Assembly: GCA_963701075.1 (NCBI GenBank)
Contig: OY969559.1
Span: forward strand, 928,001-992,000
Direction: 5' to 3'
DNA: 64,000 bases
Source of the DNA: an uncultured Nitrososphaerota archaeon
GTDB taxonomy: Archaea > Thermoproteota > Nitrososphaeria > Nitrososphaerales > Nitrosopumilaceae
The notes beneath the pieces are model-generated. The model was not told the DNA's origin. It searched no databases and saw only the letters and a list, made by a program, of their open reading frames with translations. This document shows positions 8,948 to 18,174 of this stretch, one piece after another (position 1 is the stretch's first letter; the number at the start of each line of letters is the position of its first letter). Both the position numbers and the translations under genes were made by a program.

Positions 8948-10003
8948 ATGACAGACCTTTATCGTGTACTGCCAGAGGAGATGGACAAGCTTGTAACAAG
9001 CATAGGACAGCCACGTTATCGTGCAGACCAACTGCTGCACATGATGTACCATGAATTCCCAAAAGACATGTCTGATATGCGTCAAATTCCATCAGAGATG
9101 AGAAAAGCACTATCTTCTGCAGGGTATACAATTGGATCTGCAAATGAAATTCATCGCGTAGTAAGCGAGGATGGACAGACAACAAAACTTCTTCTAAAAC
9201 TCGGTGATGGAACTCTAATTGAGACAGTACTAATGCAGTACCGCAAGGGAAACAGTCATCCAAGATCAACTATCTGTGTATCGACACAGGTTGGCTGCCA
9301 GATGGGCTGCACGTTCTGTGCTACAGGGCAGATGGGCTTTGAGAGGAATCTCAAGGCAGAAGAGATCGTTGCACAGGTATTGCATTTTGCTTCAGTCCTC
9401 CAAGAGCGGGAAGAACACGTCACAAACATCGTCTTCATGGGGATGGGAGAGCCTCTGGCAAATTATGCAGAAACCATTCGAGCAGTCAGACTATTGACAC
9501 ACGCACGCGCATTTGGTCTTGGACAGAGACACATCACCATTTCCACAGTTGGTGTAATGAAAGGAATAGACAGTCTTGCAGAGGAAGACTTGCAGATAGG
9601 GCTTGCAATCTCACTTCATGCCCCAAATGACGAACTGCGAAGAAAATTAGTACCAACTGCAGGACCCCATTCGGTCAAAGATTTGATCACGGCTACAAGA
9701 ACTTATTTCAAAAAGACAGGCAGACGTGTTACGCTAGAATACGCCCTGATAGACGGAGTCAACGATTCGCCAGAAATTGCAACAGAGCTTGCCGCATTAT
9801 TGAAAGGTAACGGGGCTCACGTGAATCTAATACCGGTGAATCCAACCGCTGGCGGTTTCAAACGTCCACGATGGAAACGCATAACAGAATTTGAACATGT
9901 ACTGCGAGAGTCTGATGTGAATTGTACCGTAAGAGTAGAGAAGGGATCTGAGATATCAGCTGCGTGCGGTCAGCTAAGAACTGATGTTGCAAAGAATCTC
10001 TAG
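8948..10003 (+). CDS. rlmN: radical SAM rRNA/tRNA adenine C2-methyltransferase, RlmN/Cfr family
   Basis: IETVL, CVSTQVGCQMGCTFCATG, MGMGEP, LAISLHAP, EYALI, AACGQL. Confidence 0.93.
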   Translation: MTDLYRVLPEEMDKLVTSIGQPRYRADQLLHMMYHEFPKDMSDMRQIPSEMRKALSSAGYTIGSANEIHRVVSEDGQTTKLLLKLGDGTLIETVLMQYRKGNSHPRSTICVSTQVGCQMGCTFCATGQMGFERNLKAEEIVAQVLHFASVLQEREEHVTNIVFMGMGEPLANYAETIRAVRLLTHARAFGLGQRHITISTVGVMKGIDSLAEEDLQIGLAISLHAPNDELRRKLVPTAGPHSVKDLITATRTYFKKTGRRVTLEYALIDGVNDSPEIATELAALLKGNGAHVNLIPVNPTAGGFKRPRWKRITEFEHVLRESDVNCTVRVEKGSEISAACGQLRTDVAKNL

Positions 10004-10117
10004 ATTGCCATATGCTTTCAAGACACAAAGACTAGACGATGTAACTGCGCTTTGATTTGTCAAAATTGGTACAAATGACATCAATGGGAATTTATTCTCC
10101 TGCATCCAAAACTATCC

Positions 10118-10393
10118 ATGAACAAAGATAGAGGCGTCTGCAAGGGTCTTTGTAAACCCTACAAGGTTAGAAAACCAAGAGACGGGACCAGCCGCTATTT
10201 GTCGGATCAAGTACGATGCCAGATTTGCGGGATTTTCATGACACGGGAGGGATGCCATGACATTGAAGACAAGCCCGCAACCAACGAGACTGTAGGTCTA
10301 TACTGCAACTGCTGTAACTGCATGGTAAGATCAAAACCAAGAAACAAACCTGGCACAAAAGACCATGAAAAAGATTCAGGTTTTGTACGATGA
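10118..10393 (+). CDS. Cys-rich hypothetical protein
   Basis: CKGLC, CQIC, CNCC..VRSKPR; typical small thaumarchaeal Zn protein. Confidence 0.7.
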   Translation: MNKDRGVCKGLCKPYKVRKPRDGTSRYLSDQVRCQICGIFMTREGCHDIEDKPATNETVGLYCNCCNCMVRSKPRNKPGTKDHEKDSGFVR

Positions 10394-10540
10394 CCAACTA
10401 TTACTATTGTTTGGGGTGTAAGAAAATCATAGTAAGTAAAGACCGTGATTATGGTCCAAGATGTCCAGCTTGTAAAAAACAAGCTAAACAAAGCACAAGT
10501 TAAGGCTGTACTTTACTTAAAATCTCATATTTCACGACTT

Positions 10541-10972
10541 CTATTCTTTCTGTAAAGTTTTTGATTCTTGAAGATTCCAGCAGTTTTTGCAGAGATAGCC
10601 TGTAACACACCATTCTTTTTTTGGACGATGTACAAAAAAACCAAGTTTGGCGTTGCACAGACTGCAATTCTTCTTCAATTCATTGTCTGATTTTTCCCTT
10701 TCATTAAAACAAGATTCACAAAGCCATCCTTTTAGTTCCCATTCTTTTTTTGGCCTCCATAGATTGTATGTTCCAGGCTCTGCCCCGCACAAAACACATT
10801 TGTTGTCATTGGCCTTTTTTTTATCAAAATTTTCTTTCATTAGATCCACATAACAATTTGCACACAGTGGACCTTTGACATTCCAGTCCTTCTTTGGATT
10901 GCTTTTGCGAGAGATGCCCTTTTTACAAACAGTACAAAATTCCTTTTTTTTATTGCTACTGAATAATCCCAC
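10541..10972 (-). CDS. protein with three tandem Zn-finger-like repeats
   Basis: Three copies of CxxC-x9-11-PKK(D/E)W-x3-G-x-LCxxC. Confidence 0.8.
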   Translation of the reverse strand: MGLFSSNKKKEFCTVCKKGISRKSNPKKDWNVKGPLCANCYVDLMKENFDKKKANDNKCVLCGAEPGTYNLWRPKKEWELKGWLCESCFNEREKSDNELKKNCSLCNAKLGFFVHRPKKEWCVTGYLCKNCWNLQESKTLQKE

Positions 10973-11011
10973 GGTATTGCACTGATTCCATCTTAAAAAA
11001 AGTTCCCGGTT

Positions 11012-11641
11012 TTGCGGTATTTTTCCAATATGGCATCACCGGAATACCTAAAAACAAAGGGACAAGGAAAGAACATCTTGACCATTACAAACCAAAGTAT
11101 CCAAGATCATCCCTGCATATCGTGTCATACAAACTGCTGTAAAGAATATACAATATTTGTTAACGCTCATGATGTTTACAGAATTTCGGTTGGACTTGGG
11201 CTAGATCCAGAGAATTTTCTAGAGATTTATGGCGCAAAGGAAGATGCATGGGGTATACAGATTGAAGAGGGCTTGGTGGATCTTGCCTTGAAGCAAAAGG
11301 ATGACACGTGCACATTTCTGATAAAATTTGAAGACAATTTTCGTTGTGGAATACACGATCTCAAACCTGGTGTATGTAAGTCTTATCCATTTCAACTAAA
11401 AGATGGAAAATTAATCCAGATGGATGATAAACTGTGCCCTGTCGACTGGGATGTAGCAAAAGAATTCGAAACCATGATGACCACTCATCTCAAAAAAGAT
11501 GAAAACGAATGGAAATTCTATTATGATCTTATTTTAGAATGGAATGCCACCAACCCTCATAATCTCCAATTATCCAAATTTCTAAGATTTCTAATTGAAA
11601 GAGTGGCATTATCTATAAATGAAAATTCCAAGAAAAAATAG
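11012..11641 (+). CDS. YkgJ-family cysteine-cluster protein
   Basis: CISCHTNCC, CTFL, CGIHDLKPGVCKSYPF; true start may be ATG ~11030. Confidence 0.85.
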   Translation: MRYFSNMASPEYLKTKGQGKNILTITNQSIQDHPCISCHTNCCKEYTIFVNAHDVYRISVGLGLDPENFLEIYGAKEDAWGIQIEEGLVDLALKQKDDTCTFLIKFEDNFRCGIHDLKPGVCKSYPFQLKDGKLIQMDDKLCPVDWDVAKEFETMMTTHLKKDENEWKFYYDLILEWNATNPHNLQLSKFLRFLIERVALSINENSKKK

Positions 11642-11672
11642 GCTATCTGTTCAAACTGTATCTGAAGAATAA

Positions 11673-12632
11673 TTACTGTTGTTTTGTACCGTCATCTTTT
11701 GGTTTTTCTTTTTGGACTGCTCTTTTAGTGCTCTCAAGATATGCTATGGTAGTTCCCAAGTTTCCAAATCCTATGGAATTGAGCGATTCTGAAGGAACCA
11801 TGACTATGGTAGTGCCTTGTACTTTTATTGACTCGTACAACATATTGGACTGTCTTAATGCAAAGGCAACGGGGTTTTCTGCATATACCTGTGCAGCTTC
11901 TTCAAATTTCTTTGCAACTAGAATTTCTGATTCGCCATATATGACACGTGCATTCTTCTCACGCTCTGCCTGAGCCTGCATTGACATTGCAGATTCTAGT
12001 TCTTGAGGTATGATGACTTGACGAATCTCGACGCCTGTTACTTCGACGCCCCAGTTGCTTGCCTCGCTTTCTATTACTGCCTTGATGCGAGAATTGATAT
12101 CTTCCCTTTTTGAGAGTATGTCCTGGAATACTGAAAAACCTATGTTATTACGAAGTGTAGTCTGAGAAACTTGCTGTATCATTTGGTTAAAGTTTTCTAC
12201 ATTTAGTATTGCATCCTTGGCTCGCTGCTCAATTATTCTATAGCGAAGAATCGCGTCAATGGTTACTGGAACATTGTCCTTTGTAAGCATCCTTTCTGCC
12301 TTGAATTCGCTTACTTTTTCCCTAATATCCACTACGAGAATATTGTCTGCAAAAGGCAATCTTGTCTGTACTCCCGGTCCTACCTGCCTATTGTATTTTC
12401 CAAGACGGAGTATTACCGCTCTTTCATATTGTTTGATTATCATTAGAAACGATGAAGCAATAACTGAGACTCCAATGACCATTGCAAGATATGTTATTAC
12501 ATCATTATGATAGAAAAGACCAATCCCAATACCTATGATTAGAATCAATACTCCTATTATGGCATAAGTGCCAGATCCTTTCTGATTTACTAGCTTGTGT
12601 GCAAAATCGTATGGCATATATCCGCTAGACAA
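11673..12632 (-). CDS. SPFH/band-7 (stomatin-like) protein
   Basis: YERAVILRLG, LTKDNVPVTIDA, WGVEVTGVEI, QAQAERE. Confidence 0.92.
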   Translation of the reverse strand: MSSGYMPYDFAHKLVNQKGSGTYAIIGVLILIIGIGIGLFYHNDVITYLAMVIGVSVIASSFLMIIKQYERAVILRLGKYNRQVGPGVQTRLPFADNILVVDIREKVSEFKAERMLTKDNVPVTIDAILRYRIIEQRAKDAILNVENFNQMIQQVSQTTLRNNIGFSVFQDILSKREDINSRIKAVIESEASNWGVEVTGVEIRQVIIPQELESAMSMQAQAEREKNARVIYGESEILVAKKFEEAAQVYAENPVAFALRQSNMLYESIKVQGTTIVMVPSESLNSIGFGNLGTTIAYLESTKRAVQKEKPKDDGTKQQ

Positions 12633-12687
12633 ATCTCTTTTACCTGATAATTGTAGACATTCCGTCTGATTTAAAGTCCATCTATCT

Positions 12688-12879
12688 TTAGTGTTTTGTC
12701 AGATTAGAATTGGCAGCACCTTGCAATGCATTTTTTATGATTGGGTCTGTCGCGTTTTGAACACTATCTCGAATCTGTACTAGTTTGTCAAAAACGGTGC
12801 CAACCTGTGTATAGTTGAAATATGCAACTAAAAAAACCACGACTGCGCATATTATCACTATTTTGACAATCATTCCCAT
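12688..12879 (-). CDS. small membrane-anchored protein
   Basis: N-terminal TM helix, 63 aa. Confidence 0.6.
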   Translation of the reverse strand: MGMIVKIVIICAVVVFLVAYFNYTQVGTVFDKLVQIRDSVQNATDPIIKNALQGAANSNLTKH

Positions 12880-13061
12880 GGTATCACTCCATTGATTGTT
12901 CTTTTTACTTGTGTGGTAAGAAGGATTAAAGTCCTATGTTAAAATTTTAAATGATATTTTCTGCAGTCAACTGAAACTAGCTCATTTTTAGGTAATTGTA
13001 ACGTCTTTCATTATTTTAATGTGGAAATTAGTGTAAAGTCTTTATTGTTTGTTGTACTATA

Positions 13062-13289
13062 TTGAACCAATTGAAGAGTCTAGGCAAGATCTTTGTTATC
13101 ACAGGTTCAGTCCTTAGTGTAGCTAGTGCACTTGGCTTTCTGCATGTGCTCGTACCACGACATCAGCCATACTTCCAGGGTGCCTATTTCATGCTTGGAA
13201 TACTTATGATCATAGTGGGGACGTATGTGTGGACAAGTACGCACAAGTCAGACGCATTTTGGAACTATGTCAAGCACAATAAAGTCTAA
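13062..13289 (+). CDS. small 2-TM protein
   Basis: Two hydrophobic helices, TTG start. Confidence 0.6.
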   Translation: MNQLKSLGKIFVITGSVLSVASALGFLHVLVPRHQPYFQGAYFMLGILMIIVGTYVWTSTHKSDAFWNYVKHNKV

Positions 13290-13409
13290 AACTTCAATGA
13301 TGCTTTTTTAAAACTTGTGGTACAAACCAAAAACAAATTTGTTCTGACTTACAATATTAGTGAACAAGGTTCATCATTTCATAAATACTCTAAACTGGAA
13401 ACTAGTTAC

Positions 13410-13964
13410 ATGATGAAATCGGTCAATGGCTCAAAAAAGACATCGACCATTACATTCAGACTTGACGATGACACAATACACAGACTCCGTGATCTATCCA
13501 AGGTGCAAGAAGTAAGCACAAACACTCTGGTAAATCAAGCATTGAAGAGATTCATTGACTGGGACTTTTATCTTCCAAGATCTGGGTTTGTGATTCTAAG
13601 CAAGCCAGTATTGAAGAAACTATTCGATGGGATGGATGCAAAGTCTGTAGTTGAGATTGCCTCTACGATCGGAAAGGAAGGGATTGAAGACATTGTCTTG
13701 TTTATGCGTGGAAAGGTAGAATTGACTTCATTTATAGCATGGTATGAAATCCTGATGATAAATTCATCAGTACAGATAAGCCATCTTGTTGACAACGGGT
13801 TTCATAACATGGTCCTAAAACATGACTTGGGAAAGAATTGGTCATTATATCAAAAGACCATTCTTGAGCTTATTTTCAAAGAATTGTTCAAAAAGAAGAT
13901 AGAACTAGAGTGCGACAAAAACACCGTAAGGGTAATGTTTACAGATGATGGAATCTCAAGCTGA
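13410..13964 (+). CDS. ribbon-helix-helix regulator with C-terminal ligand-binding-like domain (paralogue 1)
   Basis: TSTITFRLD...STNTLVNQAL..F.DWD and HDLGKNWS; ATG 13410 preferred. Confidence 0.75.
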   Translation: MMKSVNGSKKTSTITFRLDDDTIHRLRDLSKVQEVSTNTLVNQALKRFIDWDFYLPRSGFVILSKPVLKKLFDGMDAKSVVEIASTIGKEGIEDIVLFMRGKVELTSFIAWYEILMINSSVQISHLVDNGFHNMVLKHDLGKNWSLYQKTILELIFKELFKKKIELECDKNTVRVMFTDDGISS

Positions 13965-14514
13965 GTCTCAGCAATACAGTGAACCAACCGGAACAGTGAC
14001 CTTTAGGATAGATGCACAGATATTAACAAAACTAAAAAAACATGCCATCTACGAGAAATCCACCGTTAACGGATTGGTAAATAAATTGCTTCTGCAAGCA
14101 GTGGAATGGGATATTGTAGCAGCCAAATCAAAATGGATTCCAACCGAAAGAGAACTCATCAAATCAATTTTGGATAAACTAGACGATAAAATGATTATGC
14201 AAGTGGCGCAGGCAGAAGGAAAAAGTATCCCGCGTGACCTGTGTCTCTCAATGCGGGGAAATTATAGTGTGAATGACTGGATTGATATCATAAAGATGAG
14301 ATCAGTCGTGGCTGGCTTTGATCTTACCGAGATAAATGCCGGAAAAATGATGATATTTGTAATGCGTCATGATCTGGGCAAAAAATACTCTCTGCACTGT
14401 AAGGCATTTTATGAACAAGCCTTTGAGTCACTTGAATGCCCTGCAACATTTGAGATATCTGAAAATACTCTAGTATTCAAGATACCAAAGAATAGTCTTC
14501 TTGCAGAGCAATAG
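13945..14514 (+). CDS. ribbon-helix-helix regulator (paralogue 2)
   Basis: TGTVTFRID...STVNGLVNKLL...EWD and HDLGKKYS; overlaps paralogue 1. Confidence 0.75.
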   Translation: MMESQAESQQYSEPTGTVTFRIDAQILTKLKKHAIYEKSTVNGLVNKLLLQAVEWDIVAAKSKWIPTERELIKSILDKLDDKMIMQVAQAEGKSIPRDLCLSMRGNYSVNDWIDIIKMRSVVAGFDLTEINAGKMMIFVMRHDLGKKYSLHCKAFYEQAFESLECPATFEISENTLVFKIPKNSLLAEQ

Positions 14515-14529
14515 CTCCTTCTAACCTCA

Positions 14530-14675
14530 TTTCATCTGTTCTGCCCGCATGTTATGATATGCAAGTGCCAAAGGACAGCGCCTCAAGTGATGAATACATG
14601 GAAACTGTAGGGCTAGGAGAGTCTGGGGAAGGGCACATTTCCCAATAAAATTACATGGCACCTACAGTTTCCAAA
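14530..14675 (-). ncRNA. candidate small structured RNA
   Basis: Perfect 13-bp stem tggaaactgtagg/cctacagtttcca (14599-14673) downstream of motif copy C and an AT-rich TATA-like box; no convincing ORF. Confidence 0.3.
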
Positions 14676-14703
14676 CAAAAGTAAGTCCAAAATTAAATAA
14701 TAC

Positions 14704-14737
14704 TTGTGTACTTTTGTTCATGAACAATGTTTTCTAT
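14704..14737 (-). promoter_or_regulatory. conserved 34-bp motif (copy C)
   Basis: Reverse complement atagaaaacattgttcatgaacaaaagtacacaa; core in register with the other copies. Confidence 0.5.
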
Positions 14738-14909
14738 CCCGATCTGATATTTCATAAATTATACAAAACCTAAAACCATCAAATTGTTATCTTGACAAAA
14801 TGATGAGCGTCATCCTGTTCTGTTTTATCTTGTTAGAAAGAATTTTAGAGTAGAACGTCTTTTTATAGAACATTTTTGAAACGAGATCTGTAAACTAACA
14901 GATTATCTT

Positions 14910-14943
14910 TTCACTAACAATGTTCGTTAACAAAGTGTCACAA
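14910..14943 (+). promoter_or_regulatory. conserved 34-bp motif (copy D)
   Basis: ttcactaacaatgttcgttaacaaagtgtcacaa immediately before the TATA-like tttattaa. Confidence 0.7.
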
Positions 14944-14986
14944 CTGTTTATTAATTTCATGCTGTGTTTTGTTTATAATTAATGGC

Positions 14987-15541
14987 ATGAACACAGAAAA
15001 CCAAAAACTGTTTACAATAATGGTAGGAATTGTGTTATTTTCTATCTTAGGTCTGTCTACTGTGTATGCACAGACAGCACCAACGGGTGGTATGGGCGGT
15101 ATGGGTATGTCAGGGTCTGGTTATAGTGGTCAATATGGAAACTCGACATCTCATGGATCGCATAGCGGCTCTTTCTCACATTCGGGTAACTTTACAAGAA
15201 ATGCTGGTGCATATAACATGACTGCACACTCAGGAAATTTCTCCCAAAATGGAGCTGCGTATAACATGACTGGACATAGTAAATATCAAAATATGCCGCC
15301 AGGTACTAATGCTTCTACAGTTCCATCTGGCATTCCTGTGACACCTGTGACTAGTGCTCCTACTGCCAATACTGTGCAGAATGCGCTGCCACCCTTGCAA
15401 CAATTCAGATCAGGCACGCCTGCAAATAAAATATCATGCGAAGAGGGCTTTCAACTAATAATAAAAGCTGAGGATGGTTCTCCAGCATGTGTTAGTTCTG
15501 GAACTTACTCGTTGCTAGTAGAACGTGGCTGGGGCCATTAG
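14987..15541 (+). CDS. secreted Gly/Ser/His/Met-rich protein with thaumarchaeal C-terminal Cys domain
   Basis: Signal peptide; internal GNF...AYNMT.HS repeat; PLQQFRSG...C...LIIKAEDGSPACV...ERGW. Confidence 0.8.
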   Translation: MNTENQKLFTIMVGIVLFSILGLSTVYAQTAPTGGMGGMGMSGSGYSGQYGNSTSHGSHSGSFSHSGNFTRNAGAYNMTAHSGNFSQNGAAYNMTGHSKYQNMPPGTNASTVPSGIPVTPVTSAPTANTVQNALPPLQQFRSGTPANKISCEEGFQLIIKAEDGSPACVSSGTYSLLVERGWGH

Positions 15542-15736
15542 ACTAATTGAACAGTTTGTACTTTTAATCTCAGCCACTTGATCTTCAAAAAGATCTATGA
15601 AAAAATAAACAAGAAAACTTGGAATCTACCAACTTGTATTCATATCATATTTTGGATTTGATATACTAAACAAAGTATTCAATACATCAAGTGTAACAAA
15701 TAAAATAAAAATAAAATAAGAAATGCTTCCTAGATT

Positions 15737-16228
15737 TTACTCTTGGAAGTCAGTTGGGGCAACAGTTGTTGTACTATTGCTTGGTTTCTTCCACATTCCC
15801 ATGTGTCCGTGCATCTTTCCATGTCCACCCATGCCGCCTCCGATAAGAGAAGCCAGCGTTAATGGATGTCCTTGTGATGTCTTGAGCACTGCGCCGTTTC
15901 CTGCATCTACTATGACAGAGTAGACGCTCTTGCCGTCTGTTACCTTAAAGGCATAGACAACAGAACCGTGTATGTCTCTGAGACCTCCTGATAGCACTTG
16001 TCCTCCAGTTACCTGACCTGCAGCAGTTGTTGCAGCAGTTGTAAATGAAGTCTTCACACTAGATAGTATCATCTGTGGAAGGTTGATTGAACCCTGTATT
16101 GGTGTTTGACCTGAACCAGTGCTTGTACTCTGTGCATATGCAAGTGAGCCACCTATTGAGGCAATCACTACAACGCCCACAATCATAGCAAGCAGTTTCT
16201 GATGGGTCTTTAGTTCTTGTATGTTCAT
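15737..16228 (-). CDS. secreted PepSY-domain protein with His/Met tail
   Basis: Signal peptide; VYAFKV...VIVDAGNGAVL; GHGKMHGHMGM. Confidence 0.8.
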   Translation of the reverse strand: MNIQELKTHQKLLAMIVGVVVIASIGGSLAYAQSTSTGSGQTPIQGSINLPQMILSSVKTSFTTAATTAAGQVTGGQVLSGGLRDIHGSVVYAFKVTDGKSVYSVIVDAGNGAVLKTSQGHPLTLASLIGGGMGGHGKMHGHMGMWKKPSNSTTTVAPTDFQE

Positions 16229-16263
16229 TATACCATACCATTGGTCATGCAATTTATAATGGG

Positions 16264-16297
16264 TTGCGATACCTTGTTCGTTAACAAGGTTAGTGAT
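16264..16297 (-). promoter_or_regulatory. conserved 34-bp motif (copy E)
   Basis: Reverse complement atcactaaccttgttaacgaacaaggtatcgcaa, then ttataaa, upstream of the PepSY gene. Confidence 0.65.
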
Positions 16298-16402
16298 CCC
16301 TCTCATGAGAGCAAAAGTGTTCTATTCTCTCTCATGTTCTTGTCTCTCTCATATCTTGAAATCTTCTTGGCGTTAAAATATCCCCACCATATCTACTCCT
16401 CC

Positions 16403-16792
16403 ATGGGTGATGCGGATTCATGGTACAAACAAGGCAATGATCTGATGGTACAGGAAAAAAATGAAGATGCTATCTCTGCATACGACAAGGCAATTGAACT
16501 AGATCCCGCTCACACAAGCGCATGGAATAACAAAGGAATAGCAATGTTTAGACTAAAAAGATATGAAGATGCGATTAGTTGCTATGACAAAACAATTGAG
16601 TCTAATCCTAATCATGCTAATGCATGGTACAACAAGGCAAAGGCACTAAGGGGTCTGGGCCAATCTTATCTTGACAAAGCTAATGAGGATCGTGTGGCCG
16701 CTGCAAAATTGATCAACCAATCACTTGGCATATTTGATTCTGCAGACAAATGTTATGCCAAGGGAGAAGTTCTTTCAGGCGAAAAAAAATGA
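16403..16792 (+). CDS. TPR-repeat protein
   Basis: AWNNKG / AWYNKA TPR repeats; ATG 16403. Confidence 0.88.
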   Translation: MGDADSWYKQGNDLMVQEKNEDAISAYDKAIELDPAHTSAWNNKGIAMFRLKRYEDAISCYDKTIESNPNHANAWYNKAKALRGLGQSYLDKANEDRVAAAKLINQSLGIFDSADKCYAKGEVLSGEKK

Positions 16793-16801
16793 TTTGATAT
16801 T

Positions 16802-17116
16802 TTATTGTCCAACTGCTCTGAAAATAGCATCTCTTATTTCTGTTGATCTCTGAAAAAGTGTCTGTGCTATCTCGTCTATCTCGCCTCCGCTTGGTTTTTT
16901 GCCGGAATGAACTACAAAATAATATGTCTCAAACTTGCCAACTATGGAACCATGTGTGTATCCATAGACGTATTCTGACTCGTCTTTTATCTGAAAAATT
17001 CCGCTAAACTCTGGCAGGCGAAGGTTGGCAATAATACCTGGAATTTTGGCTATTTCTTCGTCTATCATTGTTTTAAGTACAGTTCTGTCTTTTTCTTTGA
17101 GTGCCACATTTGTCAA
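16802..17116 (-). CDS. hypothetical protein
   Basis: 104-aa ORF with TTG start and plausible composition. Confidence 0.65.
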   Translation of the reverse strand: MTNVALKEKDRTVLKTMIDEEIAKIPGIIANLRLPEFSGIFQIKDESEYVYGYTHGSIVGKFETYYFVVHSGKKPSGGEIDEIAQTLFQRSTEIRDAIFRAVGQ

Positions 17117-17235
17117 CTAGGTCAGCTCCATAAAAGCGATAACGTCGGGTACAATCATGCACATGCTGGTTGCAACCGATTGCTCTGGTATGCATCAACT
17201 TTTAAAAGACCATATACAAAATAAAAACAACCAAA

Positions 17236-17853
17236 ATGGAAGCTATAATTCTTGGATTCCTGAATTCCATATATCTACAGATCCCAGGTATGGGTCAAAG
17301 CCAACTTGGTAGTGCTAATCCATGGGTGAAAGGGCTTGTTCCGTCCGCATTTGGAATTATCGGTATCGCAATTATGCTAAACCTATTCAATGCAGCAATA
17401 AGGAAAAAAATGGTGGACCAAGACAAGCTAAAAAGATTGATGAGAGAGACAAGGTCGTGGCAGAAAGATAGAATGGCAGCATTCAGGGCAAAGGATCAAG
17501 AAAAGATTGACCAGATCAACAAAAAATCGGCATACATGAACAAGCTGAACATGGAAATCATGCAGCTAAACATGCGACCTATGGCTTTTACGTTTATTCC
17601 GTTCTTGCTTATCTTTTATTTCCTATTACCTCACATGTTCGCATATACCGTTGTCGAATCCCCCATCCCTCTCAATGTGTTTCCAGGCAACTTTTTCCAC
17701 CTTACATGTTCTGCTGATGATGTAAAAAATGAAGCCAAAAGCCACTGTGTACATGCAAACGACATGTATTTCTGGGGGTGGTATTTCCTCTCGTCTATCT
17801 CTATGAGTGGAATCATAATGCGGGTAACCAAGACAACCTCAAACCTTGACTGA
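17236..17853 (+). CDS. EMC3/TMCO1 (DUF106, Oxa1 superfamily) membrane insertase-like protein
   Basis: TM-coiled coil-TM; MRPMAFTFIP; WGWYFLSS. Confidence 0.85.
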   Translation: MEAIILGFLNSIYLQIPGMGQSQLGSANPWVKGLVPSAFGIIGIAIMLNLFNAAIRKKMVDQDKLKRLMRETRSWQKDRMAAFRAKDQEKIDQINKKSAYMNKLNMEIMQLNMRPMAFTFIPFLLIFYFLLPHMFAYTVVESPIPLNVFPGNFFHLTCSADDVKNEAKSHCVHANDMYFWGWYFLSSISMSGIIMRVTKTTSNLD

Positions 17854-17952
17854 TCGCAATTTTACTGCATGATCTTCAAAATCAGCTAATTTGTTGAATA
17901 CTAATAACAAAAGCTGATGAATATCTATCACTTTGCAATTAAAGATAACGAT

Positions 17953-18090
17953 ATGAGTAAATTAAGATCTAATTTTGGTGAGACCTTCGCCAGAAGAATA
18001 TTGATTCCTCATTGGTTGGAGATAGCATCGGGTATATTTGTAGGACTGAGCTTGGTTTTTATCTTTGCAGCAAAAATACCAGTAAACTAG
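17953..18090 (+). CDS. 45-aa single-TM micro-protein
   Basis: MSKLRSNFGETFARRILIPHWLEIASGIFVGLSLVFIFAAKIPVN. Confidence 0.5.
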   Translation: MSKLRSNFGETFARRILIPHWLEIASGIFVGLSLVFIFAAKIPVN

Positions 18091-18174
18091 AACTGTTCCG
18101 TCTTTACATCTTAGATGACATCTAAGAGATCTACAAGGAATCCATTAAATGTCAGAGTCTGTAACTCTTGATCA

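Noticed and set aside
16300-16352. Three ctctcat copies and a ctctcatgagag palindrome
   Set aside because: Short and low-complexity; could be an operator but is unsupported.
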